In this document: positions 38,679 through 48,676 of the stretch, in pieces | How the letters are laid out: each line of letters starts with the position of its first letter | Numbering within the stretch: the stretch's first letter is position 1 | From: an uncultured Actinomycetes bacterium | Lineage (GTDB): Bacteria; Actinomycetota; Thermoleophilia; Gaiellales; JAICJC01 | Direction of reading: 5' to 3' | Length of the DNA: 64,000 nt | Assembly (NCBI GenBank): GCA_963703275.1 | Contig: OY969804.1 | Location: 3,601,259-3,665,258 of the forward strand | Notes under the pieces: generated by a model | What the model was told of the DNA's origin: nothing | What the model saw: only the letters and a program-made list of their open reading frames with translations | Databases searched by the model: none | Program-made: the position numbers and the translations under genes

Positions 38679-39986
38679 ATGGCTGATCTTCCCCGCAGCG
38701 TCAAATACCTGGTGATCGGCGCCGGCGTGCACGGCCTCTCGACGGCCTGGCACCTGGCCAAGGAGCAGCGCGCGCGGGGCGAGGCGCCGGACGTGCTGAT
38801 CGTCGACAAGACCGGCGTCGGCGCCGGCGCTTCGGGCATCGCCTGCGGAGTCGTTCGCAACAACTACTACCAGCCCGCCATGTCCGAGCTGATGGCCGCG
38901 AACGTCGAGGTATGGGAGCAGGATCCCGAGGCGTTCAACTACCACGCGGTCGGCTACATGGCCCTCGGCAGCAGCGGTCAGGTCTCGGATCTGACCGAGG
39001 TGCACGAGCGCCAGCAGCGGATCGGCTACCCATCCGATCTGATCGTCGGCGCCGAGAACGTCCGCGCGCACATGCGCACGATGTTCCCGGACTGGCGCGC
39101 CCAGGGCGTCGAGGTGTGCCTGCACGAGCACAAGGGCGGCTACGCCAACAACATGGCGTCGATGCGCGGCCTCGCCGGTAAGGCGCTCGAGGCCGGCGCG
39201 CGGCTGGTCGACGGCGTCCGCGTCACCGGCTTCGAGATGGACGATTCGGGCGCGGTACGGACGGTGCACACCGACCAGGGCGACATCGCGGTCGAGCAGG
39301 TCGTGGTCGGCGTCGGCCCGTGGGTCGCCTCGATCTGGGAGATGCTCGGCCTGCCGGATCACCTCGACGTGCGCACCCCCGAGGGCGACGTGCACCGCGA
39401 TCAGCACATGTGGACGTACTGGTACCTGCAGGAGGGCGAGATCTCGGTCGACCCGAAGCTGCTCTCGCTACCCGATGGCTCGATGCCGCCGGTGCTCCAC
39501 GTCGACTCCGACGCTCCCCTGTACGACGACGACGGCCGCCTGATCACCGACGAGCTCTGGGGCAATTACTTCAAGCAGGACCTGCACGGCGTCCAGGGCG
39601 GGGCGGCGCCGCTGATCGTCGGGCACGACTTCGAGGTCGATCCCTACCCGACGGCCAGCGTCGATTCGAGCTTCGCCGACATGTGGTGCGCATCGCTCTC
39701 ACACTGCATGGAGCGGTTCGAGGGCAAGCGCGGCACCTACGCCAATGTCCGCTCCGGCGGAGTCGGCTGCTTCACCGCCGACAGCTTCCCCGTGTTCGAC
39801 TACATGCGCCCGAACGTGTACGTGATCGCCGACTCCAACCACGGCTACAAGATGATCGGGGTGGGACGCGAGGTGGCGCAGGTGATGACCGGTGGGCACT
39901 CGAGCGTGCTCTCCCCGTTCCGGTACCAGCGGTTCGCCACCGGCGACCTGCACCCGGTCTCGAACAGCCCCTATCCCTGGAGCTGA
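38679..39986 (+). CDS. FAD-dependent amine oxidoreductase (DAO / sarcosine-oxidase-beta / MgdA-like)
   Basis: VIGAGVHGLSTA, GAGASG, FTADSFP, SNHGYK. Confidence 0.85.
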   Translation: MADLPRSVKYLVIGAGVHGLSTAWHLAKEQRARGEAPDVLIVDKTGVGAGASGIACGVVRNNYYQPAMSELMAANVEVWEQDPEAFNYHAVGYMALGSSGQVSDLTEVHERQQRIGYPSDLIVGAENVRAHMRTMFPDWRAQGVEVCLHEHKGGYANNMASMRGLAGKALEAGARLVDGVRVTGFEMDDSGAVRTVHTDQGDIAVEQVVVGVGPWVASIWEMLGLPDHLDVRTPEGDVHRDQHMWTYWYLQEGEISVDPKLLSLPDGSMPPVLHVDSDAPLYDDDGRLITDELWGNYFKQDLHGVQGGAAPLIVGHDFEVDPYPTASVDSSFADMWCASLSHCMERFEGKRGTYANVRSGGVGCFTADSFPVFDYMRPNVYVIADSNHGYKMIGVGREVAQVMTGGHSSVLSPFRYQRFATGDLHPVSNSPYPWS

Positions 39987-40735
39987 TTGTCACGAAAAAG
40001 CCGCTGATCGGGGTCTCGGCCGGGTTCCATGGCTACGGCGACTACGCCGGCGTCGGCTACCAGCGATCGCTCGTGCTGGCCGGCGCCGTCGCGATGAACT
40101 TCTCGCGGGTCGACGGCACCCTCGACGACCAGCTCGACCGCGTGGGCGGCGTGATGCTGGCCGCGGGCCATGACATCGACCCCGGCCGTTACGGGCGTCA
40201 GCCGCACCCGCTGCTCGGGACGGTCGACGCAGCCCGCGACCGGTTCGAGCTCGAGCTCGTCGAGCGGGCGCTCGATCGCGGACTGCCCCTGCTCGGCACC
40301 TGCCGCGGAATGCAGATGCTGAATGTCGCCCTGGGCGGCACGATGGTGCAGGATCTGAGCCTGGTCGAGGCCTGGCGGCTGCATCCGTCCGACCCGACAG
40401 GGCGGCTGTGGCGCCGCTTCCAGGACGCGACGATGGCCGACCTGCCCGTGCCCGATCATCCCCGGCATCCGGTGACGCTCACCGCCGGCTCGCGGCTGCA
40501 CGAGCTGCTCGGCGACGAGATCACGGTGGACAGCTTCCACCACCAGGCCGTCGACGCGCTCGGCCCGGGCCTGGTGGCGTCGGCCCGGGCATCGGATGGG
40601 GTCATCGAGGGGATCGAGATGCCGGGCCGGTTTGTTGTCGGGATGCAGTGCGAGCTGCACGAGGAGTGGCGGATCGAGCCGCGGCTGCAGGGTGTCGTGG
40701 AGGCGTTCGTGGCCGCCGCGCGCGACGGCTCCTAG
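39987..40735 (+). CDS. Gamma-glutamyl-gamma-aminobutyrate hydrolase family (peptidase C26); probable TTG start with frameshift in the A5 run 39995-39999
   Basis: KPLIG, GHDIDP..YG, RDRFE, LGTCRGMQ (Cys nucleophile), SFHHQAV, DGVIEGIE. Confidence 0.85.
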
Positions 40736-41286
40736 CTGGTCTTCGGCGGCCGCCGGCCATGGGCCGCCACGATCAGCGCGGCGGCCAGTCCCGCGGCCAG
40801 CGCCGTACGCCACTCGCCCAGCGCCGCGGCTGCGACCGGCGCGGCGACCGCTCCGGCCATCCCCGACGCGGTGAGCGCGCGGGTGACCGCCGCCGAAACG
40901 GCGGCCACGGCGATGGCGACCGCGGCCACCCGCCAGTCCAGGACGAGCAGTCCTCCCAGGCCGGGACCGAGTCCACGGCCGCCCCGGAACCCGAGCTGCA
41001 CGGGCGCGACGTGCCCGAGTACGACGGCGACCAGCGCCGCGGCGGCCGCCCCGCCCCCCGCCACCGTCCCGGCAATCGCCACGGCCAGCGCGCCCTTGCC
41101 CACGTCGGCCGCGAAGGTCGCCGCCGCGGCCGCGATCCCGAGTCTGCGGGCGACGTTGCGGGCACCGCTCGATCCGGTCGCATGCGCGCGCACGTCCTCG
41201 CCCGTCATCGCCCGGACGACGTAGTAGCCGGTGGCCACGCACCCGAGCGCGTAGGCGGCGACGGTCGTGAGGACGGCGGCGGTCAC
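40732..41286 (-). CDS. plsY: Glycerol-3-phosphate acyltransferase PlsY family
   Basis: AYALG, GSSGARNV.R, DVGKG, LGH..P...FRGGRG. Confidence 0.8.
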   Translation of the reverse strand: MTAAVLTTVAAYALGCVATGYYVVRAMTGEDVRAHATGSSGARNVARRLGIAAAAATFAADVGKGALAVAIAGTVAGGGAAAAALVAVVLGHVAPVQLGFRGGRGLGPGLGGLLVLDWRVAAVAIAVAAVSAAVTRALTASGMAGAVAAPVAAAALGEWRTALAAGLAAALIVAAHGRRPPKTS

Positions 41287-42107
41287 GCGAAGGCCAGCGC
41301 CGCCACTCCGGCCGCGACGAGAACCGCGCCCAGGGCGCGTGTGCGCGAGACGTGCTCGTGCAGGAAGGCCGCGGCGAGTGCCGTCGCGATCACCACGCTC
41401 GTCTCGCGCACGGCGGCCACCGATGCCGCCGGCGCCAGGCGCAGCGCCTCCAGCACGAGGCCGTAGGCGACGAACATGCCGATGCCCGCGGCCATCGACC
41501 ACCGCGAGAAGCCTTTCACGATCACCTCGGGCCCCCGGGCGAACGAGAGCACAACGGCGTAGACGACCCCCTGGGTCGCCAGCACGACTTCGAAGTACGG
41601 GATCGTCGCGGCGTGGTGCAGCCCGCTCTTGTCGATCACCGTGTAGAAGGCGATGGTGGCGGCGATCCCGACCGCCATCACCGTCGCCTGGACGTCGCCG
41701 CGCCTGACCGCCCCCCGCACCAGCAGCACCCCAGCGGCAACCGCCAGCACTCCCACGACCTCGAGCGACGAGGGCCGGGCGGCCGTTGCGATCGCGGCTC
41801 CGATCAGGACGAGCACCGGCGCCAGGCCGCGGGCGATCGGGTACACCAGTGACATCTCGGAGCGCCGGTACGCGGCCGCCAGGAGCGCGAAGTAGACCAG
41901 CTCTGCGGCTGCCGACGCCGCCATGTAGGGCACCGCCGACCGGCTCACCTGCCAGGTCAGCACCGCCACAGGCGCGAACACGAGAACGCCCGTCAGCACG
42001 GCGGCCGCGCCGGCCCCCTCGGGGTCGCCCGCACGTGCGATCAGCACATTCCAGCCCGCGTGCACCGCAGCTGCGGCCAGTGTCAGCGCGAGCGCGTCGA
42101 GGGGCAC
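41283..42107 (-). CDS. EamA/DMT-family transporter
   Basis: HAGWN, AYRRSEMSLVYPIARG, AAVRETSVV. Confidence 0.88.
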   Translation of the reverse strand: MPLDALALTLAAAAVHAGWNVLIARAGDPEGAGAAAVLTGVLVFAPVAVLTWQVSRSAVPYMAASAAAELVYFALLAAAYRRSEMSLVYPIARGLAPVLVLIGAAIATAARPSSLEVVGVLAVAAGVLLVRGAVRRGDVQATVMAVGIAATIAFYTVIDKSGLHHAATIPYFEVVLATQGVVYAVVLSFARGPEVIVKGFSRWSMAAGIGMFVAYGLVLEALRLAPAASVAAVRETSVVIATALAAAFLHEHVSRTRALGAVLVAAGVAALAFA

Positions 42108-42117
42108 GGTGGGATGG

Positions 42118-42825
42118 CTACCGCGACCGGGCCAGGGCGAGGATGGCGGACACGTGGCGGGTGACCGCCGCCCGCGACATCGGGCCGGCCGGCAGCTCCA
42201 CCGCGAACGATGCGGTGTTGGGGAAGTGCGCGTTCTGCCATCGCGACGCGGTGCCGCCCGGGTTGGGGCTCAGGAACAGCGGCAGGCCGACGATTGCGGC
42301 GTAACGGCGGGCGGCGGCCGTCGCCTGGCCCCATGCCCACACGAGCCGCAGGTGCTGGTGGTACCACACCGAGAGCGTCGGGCGGACGCGCTCGATCAGC
42401 CGCCGGGCGGCGCGCGTCTCGGGCTCCGAGAACGGCCGCGGCCCGGAGTAGTAGGTGCTCCACGGGGTGCCGTGCAGCGACCACCCGGCCGAGAAGTTGC
42501 GGTTCAGGTCGACACCGTCCCCGTTCTGCCGCGTGTCGGCGGCGTGGCCGTCGGGGTTGAGCGTGGGGACGAGCCAGAGGTCGATCAGCTGCGGTGTCGG
42601 CAGCCGCCGCAGCCTGCGCACGACGGCCATCCCCGCGCACTCGTTGCCGTGAATGCAGCCCACCACCAGAACGCGGCTCGGCGACTGCGGCGCGCCCGAC
42701 TCGGTGGCCATGATCGGGCGGCCGTCGGCGGAGTGCCCGATCTGCTCGGTGACGTGCACCGTCGGGCCGAACGGCCCCACCCCGATCAGGGGCAGGACGG
42801 CCAACATCGCGACCAGGTTGGGCAT
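42118..42825 (-). CDS. M14 zinc carboxypeptidase (murein peptide amidase MpaA-like)
   Basis: IHGNE, NPDG, GVDLNRNF, SEPET, YHQ, VEL. Confidence 0.88.
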   Translation of the reverse strand: MPNLVAMLAVLPLIGVGPFGPTVHVTEQIGHSADGRPIMATESGAPQSPSRVLVVGCIHGNECAGMAVVRRLRRLPTPQLIDLWLVPTLNPDGHAADTRQNGDGVDLNRNFSAGWSLHGTPWSTYYSGPRPFSEPETRAARRLIERVRPTLSVWYHQHLRLVWAWGQATAAARRYAAIVGLPLFLSPNPGGTASRWQNAHFPNTASFAVELPAGPMSRAAVTRHVSAILALARSR

Positions 42826-42860
42826 TGGCCCATCGTACTTCCCGCCGCCGCCACTGCTGA

Positions 42861-43532
42861 TCAGCCGAGCGTCGCGAACGCGCGCACCGGGAAGGTGCCC
42901 ATCCCGGAGATCGGCGGCGGCACCGCGTAGAACCGGGTGCCCTCAGCAGGCATCGCCGCGAGCCCCGTCATGTGCTCGACGATGGGGATGCCGGCGCCGA
43001 GCAGCACCGTGTGCACCGGCCGCTCCATGTCGTGCATCGCGTCGATGTTGAGCGCGTCGATCCCGACCACGGCGGCCCCGGCGTCGCGCAGAAACTCGGC
43101 GGCAGCGCGGGTCAGGAACGGGTGGCCGCCCGCCAGGTAGGTGTCGCTGCCCCAGTGCCGGTCCCAGCCGGTCTGCACGAGCACCGCGCGGTCGCGCACA
43201 TCCAGTCCGGCGAACGCCTCAGGCCCGATCGGCGCACCGTCCGCGGGGCCGGGCCGTACCACCAGCGCCGGGCGGCCGGCCAGCGGCCGCAGCGGCTGTC
43301 GGGCGAGATCGTCGCCGTCGGCGTAGCGGTGAAACGGCGTGTCCACGTACGTGCCCGTGTTCGAGACGAGCTCGATGCGGCCGATCTGGAACTCGGTGCC
43401 CGGCGCGTAGCGCTCGCGGCTTGCCTCGCGGGAGAGGAAGTCGCAGATGACCGGGCCGGGCAGCCCGGGGTAGGTGGTCATGCCGTCGCGCACGGCATGC
43501 GCCAGCTCGAAGATGTCCCCGGGGGCCGTCAG
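42861..43532 (-). CDS. Cyclase family (kynurenine formamidase-like); start uncertain, possibly CTG in a CTGA overlap
   Basis: NTGTYVDTPFH, VGID, RPVH..LL, IVEH, FPVRA. Confidence 0.85.
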   Translation of the reverse strand: MTAPGDIFELAHAVRDGMTTYPGLPGPVICDFLSREASRERYAPGTEFQIGRIELVSNTGTYVDTPFHRYADGDDLARQPLRPLAGRPALVVRPGPADGAPIGPEAFAGLDVRDRAVLVQTGWDRHWGSDTYLAGGHPFLTRAAAEFLRDAGAAVVGIDALNIDAMHDMERPVHTVLLGAGIPIVEHMTGLAAMPAEGTRFYAVPPPISGMGTFPVRAFATLG

Positions 43533-43951
43533 TGCAGGGGGGCCTCCCAGCCCTCGAGCACGGGTGCGTGGTAGTCGCCGCCGACGATCTCGGAGTCCGG
43601 CACCCACGAGCCGAGCTCCGGCTGCCGGAACTTGCAGTGCTTGGCCTTCAGCTGGATGCCGTAGGAGTTGCCCGAGGTCAGGTGCTTGATCAGCACCTTG
43701 CGAGCAATCTCGTTCTCGCGTCCCGCGGGGATGGGGAAGTAGATGCGCAGGAACGAGTTCGAGTACCGGTCGAACACGGCCGGCACGCCCTCCTCCCCGA
43801 GGAGCTCGATGTCCTCGAGCCAGTTGATGTCCTCGCCGGGGGTGGCGGCCAGCAGGTCGACATCCTCGATCAGCGAGATGTCCTCCTGATAGGGGAAGCG
43901 GCGGCCGGCGAGCGTCTCGGCGTCGATCTGAACGTGGCGTTCTTCGGTCAT
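43529..43951 (-). CDS. Hypothetical acidic protein (140 aa) directly after the MgsC-like gene
   Basis: MTEERHVQIDAETLAGRRFPYQED...EGWEAPLH; AGGAG SD; strong GC3 bias. Confidence 0.8.
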   Translation of the reverse strand: MTEERHVQIDAETLAGRRFPYQEDISLIEDVDLLAATPGEDINWLEDIELLGEEGVPAVFDRYSNSFLRIYFPIPAGRENEIARKVLIKHLTSGNSYGIQLKAKHCKFRQPELGSWVPDSEIVGGDYHAPVLEGWEAPLH

Positions 43952-43959
43952 GGTTGCTC

Positions 43960-45396
43960 CTACTCCCCCGCCGCCTCGAGCGGCCGGCCGACGTGGGTGA
44001 CGGACTCCTCCTCGTGCTTCTTCTCGAGCAGGCGCCGGATCTCGGACAGCGTCTCGCGCTCGGTCACGCCCGGGATGTAGTCGGTGCCGGCCAGCGGCAC
44101 CTTGGCCATCGCGGCCGCCTCGACCGTGAGGGCGCACAGATCCTCGGGCTCGAGGCTGTGGATGTTGGTCTTGCCGCACGCCCGCGCCAGCATCTGCACC
44201 TCGAGTGTGAGCGTGTGCAGGAAGTTGTAGACGCGCTCGGCGGCCTCGTCGACGATCAGGCGCTTGCGCAGCTCGACGTCCTGCGTGGTGATGCCGACCG
44301 GGCAGCGGCCGGTGTGGCAGTGGTAGCACTCGCCGGCAGGCACGCCGATCGTGCCCTCGTAGTCGGTGACGCCCGGGATCTCCTTGTTGCAATTGAGCGC
44401 CATCAGGGCGGAGTGCCCGATCGCGACCGCCTTCGCGCCGAGCGCGATGCACTTGGCGATGTCGCCGCCGTTTCGGATACCGCCCGCGACCACGAGGTCG
44501 ATCTCGTCGGCCAGGCCCACGTCTTCGAGCGCGCGCCGGGCCTCGGGGATGGCCGCCATCAGCGGGATGCCGGTCTCCTCGGACGCGATGTGCGGCCCTG
44601 CGCCGGTGCCGCCCTCGGCCCCGTCCAGGTAGATGATGTCGGGCCCGCACTTGGCCGCCATGCGCACGTCGTCATAGACGCGCGCTGCCCCCAGCTTGAG
44701 CTGGATCGGGATCTGGTAGTCGGTGGCCTCGCGCACCTCCTGCACCTTCAGCGAGAGGTCGTCGGGGCCGAGCCAGTCGGGATGGCGGGCCGGCGAGCGC
44801 TGGTCGATGCCGGCCGGGAGCGAGCGCATCTCGGCCACCTGCTCGGTCACCTTCTGGCCCATCAGGTGGCCGCCGAGGCCCACCTTGCAGCCCTGGCCGA
44901 TGAAGAACTCGCAGGCGTCGGCGAGCATGAGGTGGTGCGGGTTGAACCCGTACCGGCTCTGGATGCACTGGTAGTACCACTTGGTCGAGAGGTCGCGCTC
45001 GGGCGGGATCATGCCGCCCTCGCCGGAGCAGGTGGCGGTGCCGGCCATCGACGCGCCCTTGGCGAGCGCCATCTTGGCCTCCAGCGACAGCGCGCCGAAG
45101 CTCATGCCGGTGATGTAGACCGGGATGTCGAGCGTGATCGGGTTCTTGGCAAAGCGCGCGCCCAGCACCGTCTTCGTGTCGCACTTCTCGCGGTAGCCCT
45201 CGATCACGAACCGGGTCAGCGTGCCCGGCATGAACATCAGCTCGTCCCAGTGCGGGATCGGCTTGAACATGGAGAAGCCGCGCATGCGGTAGCGGCCGAG
45301 CTCCGACTTGATGTGGATGTCGTTCATCACCTCGGGCGTGAAGATCGAACTGCGCCCGAGGACGTTGCGCTTTGAGGATGTCTTGTCCTGGGGCAT
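43960..45396 (-). CDS. FMN-binding glutamate synthase family (N-methylglutamate synthase MgsC/GlxD-like)
   Basis: GMSFGALS, SGEGG, GQGCK.G.GGHL, RSPARH, GGIRNG, CYHCHTGRCPVG (3Fe-4S). Confidence 0.9.
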   Translation of the reverse strand: MPQDKTSSKRNVLGRSSIFTPEVMNDIHIKSELGRYRMRGFSMFKPIPHWDELMFMPGTLTRFVIEGYREKCDTKTVLGARFAKNPITLDIPVYITGMSFGALSLEAKMALAKGASMAGTATCSGEGGMIPPERDLSTKWYYQCIQSRYGFNPHHLMLADACEFFIGQGCKVGLGGHLMGQKVTEQVAEMRSLPAGIDQRSPARHPDWLGPDDLSLKVQEVREATDYQIPIQLKLGAARVYDDVRMAAKCGPDIIYLDGAEGGTGAGPHIASEETGIPLMAAIPEARRALEDVGLADEIDLVVAGGIRNGGDIAKCIALGAKAVAIGHSALMALNCNKEIPGVTDYEGTIGVPAGECYHCHTGRCPVGITTQDVELRKRLIVDEAAERVYNFLHTLTLEVQMLARACGKTNIHSLEPEDLCALTVEAAAMAKVPLAGTDYIPGVTERETLSEIRRLLEKKHEEESVTHVGRPLEAAGE

Positions 45397-45465
45397 CAGT
45401 GTCCCTCCTCGTGATGTTGATCTGGAGATGGCGAGCGAAAACCAAGCGATGCAAGGACGCAGGGA

Positions 45466-45492
45466 GCGTCAATACCGGTGTCGTATTGACGC
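45466..45492. repeat. Palindrome GCGTCAATAC-N7-GTATTGACGC within a 164-bp intra-operon insert (MITE/REP-like)
   Basis: Perfect 10-bp stem in an unusually long spacer between the mgsB-like and mgsC-like genes. Confidence 0.55.
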
Positions 45493-45560
45493 GACCGAGG
45501 ACGCCGCAGCGCGCCGGTTTGCAGCCGCCAGAACGGGTCGGACATTGCGAGGAGGGGCAC

Positions 45561-46349
45561 TTAGAGCACCAGCTTCCGTTCGGACGGCTCGAGGTTGTCG
45601 TAGTTGTAGAGCTTCTTCCCGCACACGAACTTCTGGAACTCGGGTGGCGAGCCGAGGTTGTAGATGCGGAACTTGCGATCGATGAACTCCGTGTCGGCGT
45701 CGGTCCATTCGCCTGGCACGCAGTCGATGCCGAGCGCCTTCACCTTGCCGGCGACGTAGATCGTGCCGTCGTACATTGAGTCGCCCAGGCCCGGGCCGGC
45801 ATCGCCGCAGATCACCTGGCGGCCGCGCTGCATCATGAACCCGGTCATCGAGCCCGCGCTGCCCAGGGTGAGGATCGTGCCGCCCTTCTGGTCGATGCCG
45901 CTGCGGGCGCCGACGCGGCCCTTCACCACCAGATCGCCGCCGCGCAGGGCGGCGCCGGTGAGCGACCCGGCGTTGCCCTCGATCAGGACGACGCCCGACA
46001 TCATGTTCTCGCACGCAGACCAGCCCACCCGGCCGGTGATGTGCACCTCAGGCCCGTCGATCAGGCCGCAGCCGAAGTAGCCGAGGCTGCCCTCGAAGGT
46101 GATCTTGCAGCGGGTGAGGATGCCGACGCCGAGCGAGTGCTTCGAGCCGGGGTTGCGCACGGTCACGTCGGTGATGCCCTGCTCGTACAGGAGCCAGCGC
46201 AGCTCGAGGTTGATCTGCCGCGTGGTCAGGTCCTTGGCGTCGAACGTCGCCCTCTGGCCGTCCACCTCGGACACCTTGGGGACGTCTGCATCCGGCTCCG
46301 ACAGCCCGCGGGCGTCGTAGGAGATCTGGCGCTCGCCTACCGCGTCCAT
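45561..46349 (-). CDS. GXGXG-repeat glutamate synthase domain protein (MgsB/GlxC-like)
   Basis: Beta-helix G-x-x-G repeats: GSLGYF, GRVGWS, GNAGS, GSAGSMTGFM. Confidence 0.88.
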   Translation of the reverse strand: MDAVGERQISYDARGLSEPDADVPKVSEVDGQRATFDAKDLTTRQINLELRWLLYEQGITDVTVRNPGSKHSLGVGILTRCKITFEGSLGYFGCGLIDGPEVHITGRVGWSACENMMSGVVLIEGNAGSLTGAALRGGDLVVKGRVGARSGIDQKGGTILTLGSAGSMTGFMMQRGRQVICGDAGPGLGDSMYDGTIYVAGKVKALGIDCVPGEWTDADTEFIDRKFRIYNLGSPPEFQKFVCGKKLYNYDNLEPSERKLVL

Positions 46350-47266
46350 ACCAGCACCTCACCCTCGTAGGGGTCGTATGTGTCGATCTCGTGGTCGATG
46401 ATCGCGCGGATCGCAATCTCCTCCGACGCGAGCGCGACCAGATCCTCGCCCTCGTACAGCACGAGCGGCTTGGCGGCCATCTCGTCCTTGGCAACACCCA
46501 GCGCGTCCTTGGTGACGCAGATGTAGGTGAACACGCCGTCGAGCTCCTCCATGCTGGCCCGCATGGACTCCTCGAGCGACATGCCGTCGCCCATCTTCTG
46601 GGCCAGGTACACCGCGATGATCTCGGAGTCGCACTCCGACTGGAACCGGTGCCCCGAGCGCTCGAGCCGCCGCCGCCACTGGAAGTAGTTCGTGAGCTGG
46701 CCGTTGTGGACGACCGCGACGTCGGCGAACGGGTACGCCCAGTAGGGGTGGGCGCCGGAGATGTCCACATCCGACTCGGTCGCCATGCGCACGTGGCCGA
46801 TGGCGTGGGTGCCGGTGAAGTCGCCCAGGTCGTACTGCTTGCACACCGTCTCGGCGTCGCCCAGGTCCTTGACGATCTCGAGCGAATGCCCGAGCGAGAG
46901 GATCTCGCAGCCGGGGACGTCCTCGAGGTAGTCGGCCAGCGCCTTCAGGTCGCCGTGGTAGTGCAGCACGGCCCGGAAGGCGTAGTCGGTCTCGTCCTCG
47001 ACCGACTCGATGGTCGCTCCCAGCTCGCGCATGCGCGCCTCGACCTCGCCCCGGTGGCGCTGCAGCTTGTCGGCGAACTCGAAGTCGCGCGGGTCGTTGG
47101 CGTCGGCCAGCTTGTAGCGGACGACGACGGGGTGCGCGGCGGGGCCGTACAGGGCGTACCCGGTCGAGTCCGGCCCGCGGTGCTTCATCGACTGGAGCAT
47201 GCGGGTCATGTCCCGGCCGATCTCGTTGGCCCCGTCTCGGTAGATGATTCCTGCAATTCCGCACAT
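46337..47266 (-). CDS. Class II glutamine amidotransferase (MgsA/GlxB-like)
   Basis: N-terminal MCGIAG, HRGPDSTG, GHVRMATES, HNGQLTN, CDSE. Confidence 0.9.
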   Translation of the reverse strand: MCGIAGIIYRDGANEIGRDMTRMLQSMKHRGPDSTGYALYGPAAHPVVVRYKLADANDPRDFEFADKLQRHRGEVEARMRELGATIESVEDETDYAFRAVLHYHGDLKALADYLEDVPGCEILSLGHSLEIVKDLGDAETVCKQYDLGDFTGTHAIGHVRMATESDVDISGAHPYWAYPFADVAVVHNGQLTNYFQWRRRLERSGHRFQSECDSEIIAVYLAQKMGDGMSLEESMRASMEELDGVFTYICVTKDALGVAKDEMAAKPLVLYEGEDLVALASEEIAIRAIIDHEIDTYDPYEGEVLVWTR

Positions 47267-47352
47267 ATACGAGCCTTTCGGGCTGACAGCGACGATTCCG
47301 CTTGGTGAGCGAGGTTGCGCCGGAAATGCTACCCGTGGCAGCTACCCCTCTC

Positions 47353-48582
47353 CTATGTCGATTCGGACATATCTGGCCGGTGGAAGGCGGTCGCCCCGTG
47401 CCAGGCCCGGACGAAGCGGCCGTCGATGAGTGTGTCAAATCGCACGCGCTCGGGGCTCCATCCGGCGGGGCCGAGCCGGAAGCCGCCGCCGGCCAGGGGC
47501 TCGAGCGGCGATGCCTCGCCCCAGTGGAGCGCGACCAACTCCCCGTCTCGGGTGCCGATTCGAAGCGTCGTCGACCAGGGGTTGTGCGACCGGTAGAGGC
47601 CGCACATCGGTCGCCACTGCGGCGCCGGCTCGGCATCGAGCACGACGGTCGCGGCCGGGTCGCTCAGATCGTCCAGGCCGGGCTCGGGGACATCGTCGCC
47701 GGCGGCCAGGCGCAGCGCGTACCGCGCGAGCGTCGTCGCGCCCGCCGGGCCGTTGACGAGCGCCGCGGCCACGAGGCCGGCGTCGAGATCGCAAAACACC
47801 TGGGCGTGGTACCCGACGGTCGCGCCACCGTGGCTGATCCAGCGCCGGCCGGCGACCGAGCGCAGGTTCAGGCCGTATCCGTACCAGGTGCCCTCGTCGG
47901 GATCCTCGGCCACCGGCGTCGTCATCCGCTCGAACCCCTCGCCCGAGAGCACGCCGGCGCCGCCGTTCACAAGCATGCGCCCGTAGCCGGCGAGATCGGC
48001 CGCGGTGGCGCACACGCTGCCGTCGGCTCCGCGGTACTCGAGCCAGGTGGCCGGCGCGAGCGGGTCACCGAGCGCCCACGGCCGCGAGTCGTCGCTCACC
48101 TCGTGGCCGACCGCCAGACGGCTGCGGAGAGCGTTCGTGATCATCGGCTCCGTGTGCTCGAGCCCGAGCGGGCGGATGATCTCGCGCAGGTAGGTGTCGG
48201 CATACGGCTCGCCGGTCAGCCGCTCGAGCACGTAGCCGAGCGCCTGGTACCCGACGTTCGAGTACCAGAAGCGCTCGCCGGCGGGAGCCCGGGCCGACTC
48301 GGCCAGCATCAGCACCTCATATCCGGGGCTGGGCGGATCGCCGAGGCTGCAGGGGAGGCCGCCGGTGTGGCTCAGCAGGTGGTGCACTGTGACGCCTGCG
48401 AGCGGGAACCACGGCAGCAGGCTCGCGACCTCGGCGTCCAGGTCGAGCTCGCCCCGCTCCCACCGTCGCAGCAGGCAGATGGCGGTGAACGACTTCGAGA
48501 TCGAGCCGATCTGAAACAGCGTGTGCTCGGTCACCGGGAGGCCGGCGGCCGGGTCAGCGTGGCCGTACGCGTGCGTCCACAC
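47353..48582 (-). CDS. Serine hydrolase (beta-lactamase family); frame stays open ~95 nt upstream, true start uncertain
   Basis: GSISK (SxxK), LLSHTGG, YSNVGY, HGG. Confidence 0.88.
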   Translation of the reverse strand: MWTHAYGHADPAAGLPVTEHTLFQIGSISKSFTAICLLRRWERGELDLDAEVASLLPWFPLAGVTVHHLLSHTGGLPCSLGDPPSPGYEVLMLAESARAPAGERFWYSNVGYQALGYVLERLTGEPYADTYLREIIRPLGLEHTEPMITNALRSRLAVGHEVSDDSRPWALGDPLAPATWLEYRGADGSVCATAADLAGYGRMLVNGGAGVLSGEGFERMTTPVAEDPDEGTWYGYGLNLRSVAGRRWISHGGATVGYHAQVFCDLDAGLVAAALVNGPAGATTLARYALRLAAGDDVPEPGLDDLSDPAATVVLDAEPAPQWRPMCGLYRSHNPWSTTLRIGTRDGELVALHWGEASPLEPLAGGGFRLGPAGWSPERVRFDTLIDGRFVRAWHGATAFHRPDMSEST

Positions 48583-48676
48583 CAGTCCGTCGCGGTCGCT
48601 CAGGGCAACGGCCGCCCCGGGCGTCGCCCCCGCCGCGATCAGCTTCGCGGCGAGGGCGTCGACCCGTTCGACGGCG

